Assembly (NCBI GenBank): GCA_904063045.1
Contig: CAJFCJ010000006.1
Coordinates: 5,100,408 to 5,164,407 of the forward strand
Direction of reading: 5' to 3'
DNA: 64,000 bases
From: Dimorphilus gyrociliatus
Lineage: Eukaryota; Animalia; Annelida
Below are positions 24,552 through 36,909 of the stretch, piece by piece. Each line of letters opens with the position of its first letter. Position 1 is the stretch's first letter. The notes beneath the pieces are model-generated. The model saw only the letters and a program-made list of their open reading frames with translations, did no database searches and was not told the origin of the DNA. A program made the translations under genes and the position numbers.

Positions 24552-26990
24552 TTTCCAGTTTTGTATTAGATAAAGAATAGAAAGAATAAGATGTAGCTTT
24601 TCCTCTTATCGCTATCGAAAATTTTATTATGTCTTATTACAGAAGATAATCTTTTTCTGTCTTTAAGTAAAAACTTGAATATTCAAACATTTTTTTCTTA
24701 TTTTTACTTTATCTTACTTTAACAAATCATATATGTAAATAACGCGGTTGTATAAATATTCTCGAATCAATATTTATCGACGAACGGAGAGCTATAGAAA
24801 CTACAACTAAAAAAATAATGCTTAAATCTTCAACCTACAATTTAAATGGAAAAGAGCAAAAACATATCAAACTATTCCTATCCCATTATTTATCGAAAAT
24901 ATAAAATTTTAATTAACAAGAATAGGTACGAAAGTCTTGTATTTAATTTTTAAATTTTACTTAAAAATATCAAGTAGGAATGAAATAATCAACTTCTTCT
25001 TTCTTTAAAATTTTCTATATTACTATTACTTTCGTAAATGAATTATTCATTTCAGTTTTCAACTCTTTGCAAAAGATAAATTATTATTGTTGCTATCCAT
25101 GCCCCCTATGGAGTATTCTTTAAGGGGAGATGGGCTTGTTTTATTGCTAATAGATAGAATTCCATCAATAATGAGTAATTATTGATTATATATACAGAAT
25201 ATACAAAATGTTTAGTCAGCATAAGATATCTATGTTACGTTTAATATATGGAAAAGGAATAAGTTGACAATTTGAATTAGACAACTGCCAAAATTGGTTT
25301 AGAATACTTCAGACAGGATAAGCCTTTATATTATAAGTGATATCTCAAGTTTTTACAGTATAACTATTAAGTAGGCCAGTTACTAAGAGCAACTCAATGA
25401 AATCTTAATGAGGTGAAACAATGTAAACGCCATCTGTGGGACAACAGAAAAATCACTATTAAATATAATTGCTGAATTATAAGTAAGCAATTCTATATAG
25501 AAGAATCTGAATAGTATTAAAATAGAATATATGAAGAAATAGTATATGTTATTGAAGGCGCAATTATGATCATGTCAAAATATTTTGAGATACAATTGTC
25601 ACATCAAACGATTTAGAATGACAAGACTTCCTGGACGCGCTTTCGTGAGAAGTCAAATGTTTTGATTGAGCATGTTATAAGTCTAGATAACAAGTTAGGA
25701 ACTGATCAATTTAATTCATTTGCCACTAAATGTCCATTGTAAAAAGCAAAAGGTGACTAATTACATCTAAAAAAAATTTGATTATTTTGAAGCTTTTATC
25801 AGTTTTTCTAATTGAAACATAAAATAATAAAACAATCGAAAAGATCTTTTATTTCTTAGATTTTATCATATACTTCTCGCTTTTTATATATAATAGGTTC
25901 GTTTAGATGTTAAAGAAACACTTTAATGACTCATTACACTAATAGCCCTATTTCCTCTATGTATACGCTACATTTATTTTAATTAAGTGAATAGAGCACG
26001 AATTTAATCGGATGGATATATGTGTCTTATATCACTAAAGAATTTATAAAGCCACAAATTCCACAACTCTTACAAAAGTAATAAATTAAAAAGGGAGCTT
26101 TCATTCATTTTTTCCCTCCATTTCACACCTTAACTCTCTTCTGTCATCTCCTTTGTTCTCTCTATTAAATAAAAAAAGATAATAAGGCAGATGATGGGAT
26201 GCATACTGATCTCTTTGGTCTTAAAGCATACAATTTCACTATAGAATGAGAGGAAACCTTGCGAAACGTCTAATTTAATTTTATCACAAGCTATCAGAAG
26301 TCTTCCTGCTGGCTGCTGGGACGTATATACAACATTCACATAGTGTCAATTAGATAAGAATTACGGTAGCGTCTAAAATCTTCATCTTTAGAATATAAAA
26401 AGCATTTTATAGATATAAAATTAACAAATAGCTTTTAATCCTATAATATTAAAACCAAAAGAAAAACTGAGGACATAGCACTTTTGCCGAATTCTAAGAA
26501 GGATAATGAGGATGGAAAATGATAAATACTTAATTATTTTCAATCTACATTAAGAAGAAGATGATTCGTCATCTAAAAAGAGCTGAAAGAAAAAGAAGAA
26601 AAGAGAAGAAGAAACGCTTAGCTTTCTATTTCTAAATATATCGTATATCTATAGGCATATTTAAATGTTCTAACTCTATATTTTCATATACGTTTATAAG
26701 TATTATAATCTCCTTCACTTTTATAACAATATTTATTATTCATAGGCCTTCTATGTTTTATTGTTTATTAATTAGTATAATAACAAGGTTTATAAGATTT
26801 AATACTACTTTTTATTTAATTTGAGTTTTTTTCTCTTTTTTTTTCATATTTGGTTTTCAATACATTCCTTTTTTGGAAACTGCGTATAACTGGTTTATGT
26901 TTGAAATTTGAAAATGAACAGACAATAATCTCATTACCTTAGGAAAAAGTAGAGAAATAGTACAAAAAAAGAGAAAGGAAAAGAAAGAAC

Positions 26991-27014
26991 GAGAGAGAGC
27001 GAGAGAGAGAGAGA
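26991..27014 (+). repeat. (GA)n microsatellite upstream of Tlx
   Basis: gagagagagcgagagagagagaga. Confidence 0.9.
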
Positions 27015-27165
27015 AGGAGGCAGCGCGAAACAGTCTATAGTGGAAATTTCATTAGGCCTTTATCTAAGTGATTGCTGAACATGGGAAATGAAATCACTCG
27101 AGTAACATTATAAATATAGATAGCGCCCCACTTTTTTCTCTGTATATAGGTTCCTCAGTTTTATT

Positions 27166-27179
27166 AGCGCCACCTATAG
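27166..27179. promoter_or_regulatory. CTCF-like motif
   Basis: AGCGCCACCTATAG resembles the bilaterian CTCF core (AGCGCCACCTAGTG). A weaker AGCGCCCCAC lies at 27122. Confidence 0.45.
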
Positions 27180-28124
27180 AAAAATAAATTCATTTATGTT
27201 CTATAATTAAATTCAACCATTTTCATCATTCTAAAGGGTTTTTATAGTTAAATATCTTCAATTTATGAGAAGAATACTGTAGATTTTAATGATAAAAGAT
27301 TAGTCCTGCAAGAATATAAACACAAAACTAATCGTAATAATTTAATAATTAAACATAATTCAAAAGGATAATAGATCATTTTATTTACTCAATTAGTATT
27401 CATTAAATGACTTTATAAATAATTTATTATTTTGATCTTCTTTTTGATAAAAAGATAAGAAAATTATCATTTTTTCCTTCCCGCTTCAAATCTTGTTTAT
27501 AACTTACCTAAACAAAGCGGAAGAGTATGCAGCGATGCTAAATTCAATACATCTGATGACTGACAAATAAACAGAAAAACGTTTAAATAGAGTATTATAT
27601 ATAATCCATAAGACAAACAATTTACTTTAAATACCGCAAAGGTGATGACAAGAGTTAAGTGAACAGGTAAGTAAGTGAAGACAAACACTTTTCCGACCGA
27701 TAAATTGTATACAACTGTTGTATAAGGATATGGTATAAACTTGGTATTTTATGAATAAATAAGACACTGATTTAATGGTAGTTTCATATTTTATAGCTAA
27801 ATGGTTCTTAATATCTTTACTCCTTTGAGATACTCACAAGCATTAAATTGCTATAAATGTTTTAATTACGAACTATAACCCACTCCATTTATATCCATAT
27901 ATTCCCGAGCCTCTCCATTTTGTCACCGCTCTGTCACGTTATTTATTCGACATAAACCAGAACTGTAAAGGTTTTGTCAAGAACTTTTTCCCTCCTCATT
28001 CTACAATGAATTGCTTTTTTATTCAGCCGTTAAATCTTTCCTTATCGTCAATTGTGAGAGTTAATTTATCCGAAATAACTAAGGATATATCTCTAGCGGG
28101 TCTTTATTGAAACAGGTCAGTGGT

Positions 28125-28165
28125 GGGCGGAGCCTATGTCTATCAAAAGAGCAGTTGGCCAATCA
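28125..28165 (+). promoter_or_regulatory. Tlx proximal promoter: GC box plus CCAAT box
   Basis: GGGCGGAGC at 28125-28133 and GGCCAATCAG around 28157-28166, 110-150 nt upstream of the ATG in an otherwise AT-rich region. Confidence 0.6.
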
Positions 28166-28273
28166 GCGCTCGAGAATCGCCGAGCTTTTCCAATATTCAT
28201 AAGCATTGCACGGAGAACGTTTGCAAAGTGACAAGAGTCAATCGGCCATTACTTTTCCATTGATACTTGGAAG

Positions 28274-29952
28274 ATGGACGCTTCCGTGGAAGGTAGAGAA
28301 AATTGCAATAGCGATAGCGATGATGAAACTATCATATCAGTCTGCTCCGAACCAAGTGATAATAAAGAGTCAAAGATGCATTTATCGTTTGGAATAAATA
28401 CCATATTAGCCAAGGATGAGGCAAAAAACCGATTAGAAAGTTATGGAGAATCCGAAACACCTGCTCTTCACTCATTTCATTTCGCTCATCATCCTCTCAA
28501 GCTTTTTCCTCACAGGCCTTTTCCGCTAGCTGTAGGCTCTCCTGGTGTTTTTCCTTGGATGCAGGATAGACGAGAAAGGATAACACGTAAGTTTATCGCT
28601 TTATTAAAAGACATATATTCTAAGTTTAACAACAATTGAAAGATAAGAAAAGGAAGAAAAAACAAGATCATTAGTAGCTAATAAAGTTATAATAGACTAA
28701 TTCTAAAAAATACTTAAATCTAAATTAAACTTTACATTTCTTTAATACGTAACTAACTGTATTTATTATTTAAAAATAAAATAATAAATATACATTGCCA
28801 TCCGCCGCCAACTATGGATATAATGCAATTAGAAACGTATAAATAATGCGACGGAGAGTGAGCGGGTATCAACTTTCGGCGAAAATAGAGAGCACTTGAC
28901 AGCTGATAGAACGTAATTTAATTGTTCGTCGCCAACTGCAGAGGCTAATGCTTTCTGTCAGTGTTGTTTTAACTCAAGAGATCGCTAATTGAGTGTAATT
29001 TCACTTAATCGCTGGGCCGGGTCCGTTTGACCTAATTTATTTGCAGTTACTCGCCGAATGGGCCATCCTTATCAAAATAGAACTCCTCCAAAAAGGAAGA
29101 AGCCTAGGACGTCTTTTTCAAGATCTCAAATAGTCGAATTAGAGAAGAGATTTATGAGACAAAAATATTTGGCATCGGCAGAAAGGTCATCGCTGGCTAA
29201 AACTTTAAAAATGACTGATGCTCAAGTAAAAACTTGGTTCCAGAATAGGCGGACAAAGTGGAGGTGAGTTTTAAACAGTTTATCGTTATTGTAAAGTATC
29301 TCATAAACTGACTGCAAAAAGAACAATAGCGTATCCTAAATAAAGAAAAATAGTTATCATTGAGAGATATATGTAGATGTATATAACTGTAACGAATATA
29401 ACTCAGTTCATCATCTTAACAATGATCCCACGGGATGACCTAAATCACTTTGTACCGTATCTAAAACGCTCTCTAGCGAGTGATAATCGGCCAATGCGCC
29501 CTTTGCCAGTTCATTTATTTGATCAGGATATAATCATTCATTGAGAGGCTGCGCGATATTCGCACGCACGCCATACGGATCCCTTTGGGAAAGTTACGCC
29601 ATTTTAATACTCTTTGATCAACTGGTTATACGTATAGCTTCATTTTTCTAGTAGCGTCTGGGCAGATGTTAGAAACTATCTCCTTTCGTTATCTCTTCCT
29701 TAAAAACTACTTCCATTCCCTCCTTAAGTAGTAATTAATGATAAGACTATTTATAAATAATTAAAAAACAGGAGACAAACAGCTGAAGAAAGGGAGCAGG
29801 AGAGGCAAGCGGCAAACCGTTTGATGATTTCTCTACAAACCGAATCGAGTGGGGCGCTGTATTCTCAACCTGACCCAATTTGTATGAATAATTCTTCGTT
29901 ACACGCTCTTCAGAATTTACAACCTTGGGACGAAAAACGTGTATCTGACTAA
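28274..29952 (+). CDS. Tlx: T-cell leukemia homeobox (Tlx/Hox11) protein; exons 28274-28586, 29047-29263, 29772-29952
   Basis: eh1 motif LSFGINTIL, hexapeptide [27 protein letters not shown], homeodomain with diagnostic KTWFQN (Thr47), and C-terminal [16 protein letters not shown] and [13 protein letters not shown]. Confidence 0.98.
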
Positions 29953-29992
29953 AACTGTATAAAGTATATGTTAATGTATATAATCCATAAAG

Positions 29993-30017
29993 ATATATAT
30001 ATATATATATATATATA
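29993..30017. repeat. (TA)n microsatellite in the Tlx 3-prime region
   Basis: Direct reading. Confidence 0.9.
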
Positions 30018-31789
30018 AACCGTAATCTTGTCAGTTATGGAGTATGTATGCATTTTACATGCTGTATCATGTACTGTACATACAGTACTGTATATTATTT
30101 AACATACAATCTGTTTAAAAGTTATTTATGTACAGTAATTAAATGAAAAAAAATCTCTACAAGAGACTATTTATACAAGAAATAAGCCTTAAAATTCTTT
30201 ATATATATGTATATATATATATTTTTTTTATATGTATAATAATTTTTTTGCTTTTACAATATAATTTTATTTTTGCTCGTTCGATACCAATTACATTACG
30301 ACTGCCTCAAATTCATTGAACGATACTCCGTAGCCTAACTACATCCGACGTCCGATTCGCTGAAGGCTATAATTCGTAACCTTCTCTTCAACGTCCGTTA
30401 ATCCTGTAATATCAGCGTGTCAGCCTTTCCTAACTTAGTTTGCGTCAAAGTCGAGAAAAGATTTTCGAAATTACATATATAAAGCGGCACTCTGTCTTCA
30501 GGCTTTGTTTTAGCGCAAGTCTTGGGCAGACGCACATAAATAAAAGATGTATTTAGTAATTAGACAAGTATAGGTGAAGTCTATTAGCCGGCGGATGGCA
30601 TTAATAATGGTGCCGCTATGAATACTAAGCGGATGATCGTTCCCCAAGAGCTATCAAGAAACTGCGCAGGTGGATTAGAACAATCAAGAGTCTGTCAAAC
30701 TGAACCGATAAAATTAAAGTTTATACGATGTAAAACAGAACTTTTCAACACTTTCCTGTATAGGTTTGCCAGTTGATAATAAATTAGAAAAAAGAAGTGT
30801 ATCTATAAAACTCGACCCTATCATGTAAAAAAAAGACCAAGCATGAAGAGATGTAATACTTCTTTTCTGAAAAGGGAAAAATTGTTCTTTTTTTTTCGTC
30901 AGTTCTCATCGGCTCTCTCTCTCTCTCTTTCTCTTCAAATTTCGATAAAGAATTATTATATACACAATCAAAAACAAATCAACCGTTTACTACAAATAAA
31001 ATCGTTCGATCCGTCATCATTAGCTCTTCTCACAATGATGACACCGCATCAAAGCGATTTTCGCCGTTCTCTGACATTTCATGATTTATTACTCTGTTTT
31101 CTCTTCCTCGATTATATTCGTTTTGATGTAAAGAATCGTTTGAATTTCCCAAAGGAATATTACATATGTTTATATAAACGTTTAAACGTCTTTTAATGTA
31201 AAAACATTAATTCTATACATTATTTAATTACTATCAGAATAAAGGAGATAACACTGAATAAAGAAGATATCCTCACTATTTATATACTATAATAATACAC
31301 AGATTGAAAAAAATTATCGTCTTCATAGATATCAGCATCTCTTTAATGAATAAATAAACGAAATAAAAAGTAATGATACGAAGTCACGAATGCCATTTTT
31401 GTAGCTAGTCGCAAACGGCCCTCTTGACGATTGAAATGCTTGGCAAACTATTTGCTTTTCGTCTGTGTGGCTTTTGAGTAAATGACGAGTTTGTCACTGA
31501 GGAGCACTTTGCTCTTCTTTAATCGCACTCATCGCGCCAAATAAGAATTGACATTTGACCCCGATACTCTTTCTTCTTAAACGAAGAAGAAACGTATATA
31601 AATTTATTTAATCATCTAATAATTAATTATTTATTACGTGTGTAAGCTTACGCAATGCAAGTGTTAAGGAAAAGAACCCTCTAAAAGTGTAAAGGATATA
31701 AGGATATGGAATTCTTCATCGAATTAATTATACAATAACGCTTTTTCTCTTTTTCTAGCTATAATATATGTATATATATATATTAGGCG

Positions 31790-34700
31790 TTACTTTTTCT
31801 TTATGCATCTTTTAGTTTGAGCGTCGAAAATGTAGGGTTTAGGGCATGTCTTTTCCGCGCATGTTTTCGAATCACAATGGAAGAACTTCTTCTCCTAATT
31901 TCCATAATTAATGATTATAGTTAATTGAATCTTTCGCTTAGATGTAAATATTGTAATCTTACGTCATAAGGGTGGGGAACTGCACAAGGAAACTTTGAAC
32001 AATTATTTCGAAGTTTTGTAGACAATGATACAGATGAACTTGAAATCACTCCAACTATAGGTCTAAGACTTTTTAGTGGTTGTTTTTTAAGAAGAGCTTT
32101 ACTGATTCTAAATTCTGAAAATTCGTCAAACATGCATGTTCAATTAATAAATAATTTCGTTGTTGAGATAAACAAGCATACTTTCACAATGTAGACCCTC
32201 ATGATTCTCTGAACAAATACAGATATAGCCACGGCGATTTTTGGATCTTTGGCAAACTCCATTATTCCAACACACATTTGGTTTGTCACATATGCTCTGC
32301 GACACTTTCAAAGGGAACAGATAAATGACTATTATAATCTATAAAACTTGCGAATTACTGCTAACTTACTTTCGCAACGTTCACCGTAAGTTCCTCTTGG
32401 ACAAAAACATTTCCAGCCGGCTTTTCCGGCGTAATTCACGCATTTACCATTATTCAGACAAGGGTTACTCCAGCAGGGTTGAATTTCAACGCATACCGGA
32501 AATGGAAGGCAAATTTGATTTTTGCATGGAACAGGAACGGCCTTGCACATGTAACCCGGAGGACAAATTCTGTTCTCGCACACGTTCAAACATTTACAAA
32601 TTGGACAGCTTTCTCTGTCCCGAGCTAGACCAAATTCACAGTGCAGATTACATGCAATTTTTTTGCAGTATGAAGGAGATATTGGTGGTTTAAGTTTAGA
32701 AAAGTCTGGCGGATAGAGGCCATTTCCAGAAAATTGGGGAAAGCGCCAATTAGAGCCGCCACCTAATACACTGGCTAATAAAAGATAAAGTAAGTTACCA
32801 CCTTTTCCTATATTTAAATTCATAGATGTTGAATCCAAGGGGGGATTGTTGCCGTCGTATGCAGGGACATTGGGAGAACTGGCTAATTGGCAATTCTTTC
32901 CAACAAATGGATGGTTGCAAATGCATGTCCACCCGTATTCCCTGTTTACACACCTTCCAGTATTCATGCAGGGGTTAGAGGCGCAGAAATCGATTCGACG
33001 TGTACATGGCCCATTCCTGGAATTCTCATAGCCCGGATGACAAGCACATTTCCAATGGTGATCAATATTCTCACAAACTCCGTGATTACATGAAATATTT
33101 TTGGGGCAATTATCAACAATATCTAATTGGAAAACAGCCAATTAATACTAACTCTATTAATTCTAATTGTAAGCAACATGCCAAGGAAATAATAAATTAC
33201 CTTTGCAGAGGGGACCTTTAAATCCAGTCTCGCAAACGCACTATTATAAGTCAATATATTTAGAAACCAATTAGATATTTTTATCTCTTCAAAGGCTAAT
33301 TAACTACAAACTTTAAATCCTCCGATTATATTTAGACATCTCCCATAAGAACAAGGATTACTACTGCAATAATCAATGCTCCTCTCGCAATGTTGCCCAA
33401 AGAATCCTTCACGACATTGGCAAATGTAACTATTTGGTAATGGCTTACAACCGCCATTTTTACACGGTGCACTTAAACAGTAATTAATCTCCACATTACA
33501 AGATGGTCCTTTCCATCCCGAGTCGCATTCGCATACATGTCTATTTAGGTAATTGTGACATATACCATGTTTACCACAAGGCCTATCCGCGCAGTGATCT
33601 TTCCAGTCTTGACAAGATTCATGAGTAAATTCAGGCGGACAGAAGCATCTGTAGCCGGTTATGTCACTTTTACACGTTCCATTGTGAAGACAAGGATGAC
33701 TTTGACAAAAATCAATGTGCTCTATAATCAATTTTGCAAAATTAAAGTTAATTATGTTTCCTTTTATAATTATTCATACGTAAGCAAAGGGGGCCAAAGA
33801 AAGGTTCGTTACAGTGACACACATAGCCTTTTTCATCGGCCGTACATCTTCTTGTATGTCCAGAACATGGATTACTATGACAAGGATCAGTTTTAACTGC
33901 AAATAGGATATCAATTGTTAAATAATCCCTTTTCTTCCTTATAATAAAGAGTCTGATTACTTTCGCAGCGATGTCCCGAATAGGGATAATGGCATTTGCA
34001 GCTAAACGACGCTGGCCCGTCAATGCAACTGGCTCCTCTTTTGCATGCTGGCTGGTTAAACTTTTCAGCAAAGGCGTCGCAAAAATTTATCATAGCTAAA
34101 ATGTAATTTAAAAGATAAAACAGCATATTACGTAAGATTAAGTTACTACTTTCGCATCTGTTGCCCTTGTACTTTGTCGAACAATGACATTTGTACGTGT
34201 TAATCTTCTCTTCACAAACTCCACCATTTTGACAGGGGTGCGCACGGCAATAATGAATCTCTGACAGAAAAATGGGAATAAACAAGATTACCCGCTTAAC
34301 CAATGCTTTGTACCTTTACACTGTGGTGCTTTTCTACTCCATCTACCGTTTCTTAAACAAATTCTCTTTAAGGAACCTCTGTACCATTTATATCCAATGT
34401 CACATCTATATAAATATTACATGTTGAATTTTATACATGACCTACCAAATGAAAACCTAATTAAGTTATGTCATACTTGTAAACTATATGAGAATTGAAT
34501 TTAAACTCCTTAGGTTCTTGTGCGATTTTAGAATGAGAATACACTTGAGGAGGCTCGCAACTAATTGCTGTTAAAAATTTACTGCATTTAACAATGATAT
34601 TAATGACTCAAAGTACAGCTTTTCTTACATCCACAAATTGGATCTTTTCCAGACCAAGTTCCGTCTTCTTGACATGTTCGAACCATGTCTCCGCTCCTAT

Positions 34701-35693
34701 GTTCATACCCAGATAAGCAAGTGTATCTTATACTATTACCATATTGAAAGTCAGAGCCTATTCGTTGGACATTTGTTGATGAATGAGGTTCTTTGCAAGA
34801 GATTCTTTCGCAAGCAACGTGAACTCCTGAAGGGGTCCACGCACCGTTATCTCCACAAGTAAGTTCGGGTGAACCAGTTAAGCGGTGACCAATTAAGCAT
34901 TTATAATTTACTTGTTGGCCCTTTCTGAAAAAATTTCCATCTGGTTCAATATTACCATTATCAATTACTGATGGTCTTGCGCAAGCTGGTTGAATATAAG
35001 CTTTTAAGGCAACTGAAAAGTAGGTGGCTAAAAGTTTCGTTGAATAAGTCTTTCCTCCAATAGGAGACATCTTTGTAGAAACAAGCCTAACTTCGGATAA
35101 CTGACAACATAATCGACTGCGTTGATCAGTTGTCGATATTATCGGTTTAGTCCTTCTAGCGGAAGGTTCATAGAAAACCCCTAAGACATCCCCGGGGTTA
35201 ACCATAATTTGTTTAGCAGGACTGACAGGAACAATCTACAGAAACAAAAGAGATTTATATAAATATATACATCATCAAAAGTCGAGTGGGACTAACCCTT
35301 GTATGATTTATTTCAGTTCTATGAATATCGATAACATTAGTACCAATGCAAGTCCAACTACTTCCTCCCGCTGAAGAGGGTCGCCAAACACTAAGAGAAA
35401 GTTTGCCCGTTTCAACGGCATAAAACTCCCATTTTTCTACAGTCCCCGCACATGGAAACTCTTTAGACGTAAATATTTGTGGATATCTATCAATACTGTT
35501 CATATATTTATACAATTGTCCTTTCATGAACTTATGACCATTTTCAAAGTTTCTAAAATCATGTAAATGAATGCCGTCTCCACACGCTTTGTTGTTGTTT
35601 ATTTTTTAAAAAAATGAAAGAATAGACGTTATTTCAATTTCTTTTCTTTATGACAAAAATTCAATACTAATATCTTACCTAATTTCATTGAAT
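31790..35693 (-). CDS. Mosaic extracellular protein: unnamed domain, 3 CCP/sushi, about 11 EGF, antistasin-like, C-terminal chitin-binding peritrophin-A (CBM14); 5-prime end unresolved (35.7-36.6 kb)
   Basis: Sushi domains (CARPSVIDNG..YKCLIGHRL..TC..W; CKEP..YTCLSGY..TC..W; CEPP..YKCDIGY..IC..W). Repeated EGF CxxxPCxNxGxC..CxCxxG. Antistasin-like CKKIACNLHCEFG..SCPICKC. Final exons give CAVPHPYD-EKKFFHC..EKTCPKPYIFD..C, stop at 31790. Confidence 0.85.
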
Positions 35694-36909
35694 CTGAATA
35701 AGAATACATTAAAATAAGAAGGAAATTTACACATGACAGCTTACAATAAATTTCCATATTCTCTAATCTCTACGCTCTTTCTTCTTGTCGTTTTCTCCCT
35801 CTCTATCTCTCTCTCACTCCAAGCCGTCTACTCTCATATGAAAGTAATGCATTTTGAGCAAAATTTCAAAAGCTTTTTACCAAAAACGAAAAAAAAATAC
35901 AAACTGGAAAGATTCTAAACGAGATACGTATAGTTTTAACAGTTAAAAAAGAAATTGGATAAAAAGAGACAGATGTAACATGATAAGAATTTACTATTGT
36001 TAATACTTTCCTAGATACACGTGTTGTTTGTACAATAACTGGGGTGTTTCTTTTTTTTGAATTTCTGAAAAACTATCTTCATATTCAAGGAATAGGCCTA
36101 CAAACAGTTTTGAAATAAAAAAGAGTCTACCATTCAATGAAAACGAGTTGTTGTTATATAATTTTTGCTGTATACAAATAAAAATTTCAACAGAGGTTGA
36201 CAACGTACACTTAGTCAAGAGATAAACTGATTATCAATTCTCAATTTATACCAACAATCAGTTACAGTTGATCTTTTACTCGGGGCACATTTACATTTAA
36301 CTTATCAGCTGCTAAAGTCACTCAACTTCAATTATTAATTATTAAGTATTTTTAAAAGGATACTAAAGGTTTGTTTTTATAGAAAAATGACGTTTTATTA
36401 TTTAAATGAAGTGATATTTGAGCAATGAGAAGAGATAATTAAGGGAAAAGATGAGAATTAAGTCATTAAAAAACTGTTAATCATCAATTTACATTGAATT
36501 AATATAATAAGTGTTTTAAGAGGAATTGTTTCATATATAACTTTTTGTCCTCATCATTGGAAAATATAGTTATTTATATAATTTATATATAATTTTAACA
36601 AATGTCGCATAGATAACTTTATAATGCCTTAATTAGATAATCTCATTTCAATCGAATTAACGTGTATTAAAACGATAATTAAACGTAATTAGTTTCCATT
36701 GATGAAAAATGTACATTTTACTCTATTTTCTTTAGTAGTTGGTTATATATCTTTATGGAAATATTGGGTATATTTAAGGAAATTTCTTTGAAGTGTTTCA
36801 ATTCTATTCGTTTGTATTCGATATTCTACGATATACTGTTTTTCCGATTTCTGTGATCGATTAATCGAATTGTGTATCACCATCTTTCTGCCAAGAAATT
36901 TAAGCAATC

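Noticed and set aside
30843-31196. 117 aa track ORF downstream of Tlx
   Set aside because: Runs through poly-T and (CT)n tracts with low-complexity translation. Likely spurious in regulatory DNA.
32325-34862. Plus-strand ORFs overlapping the EGF/sushi gene
   Set aside because: Antisense shadows of GC-richer Cys-coding exons, with no independent motifs. The same applies to 286-516, 5675-5869, 9550-9768, 46115-46324 and 50504-50731.
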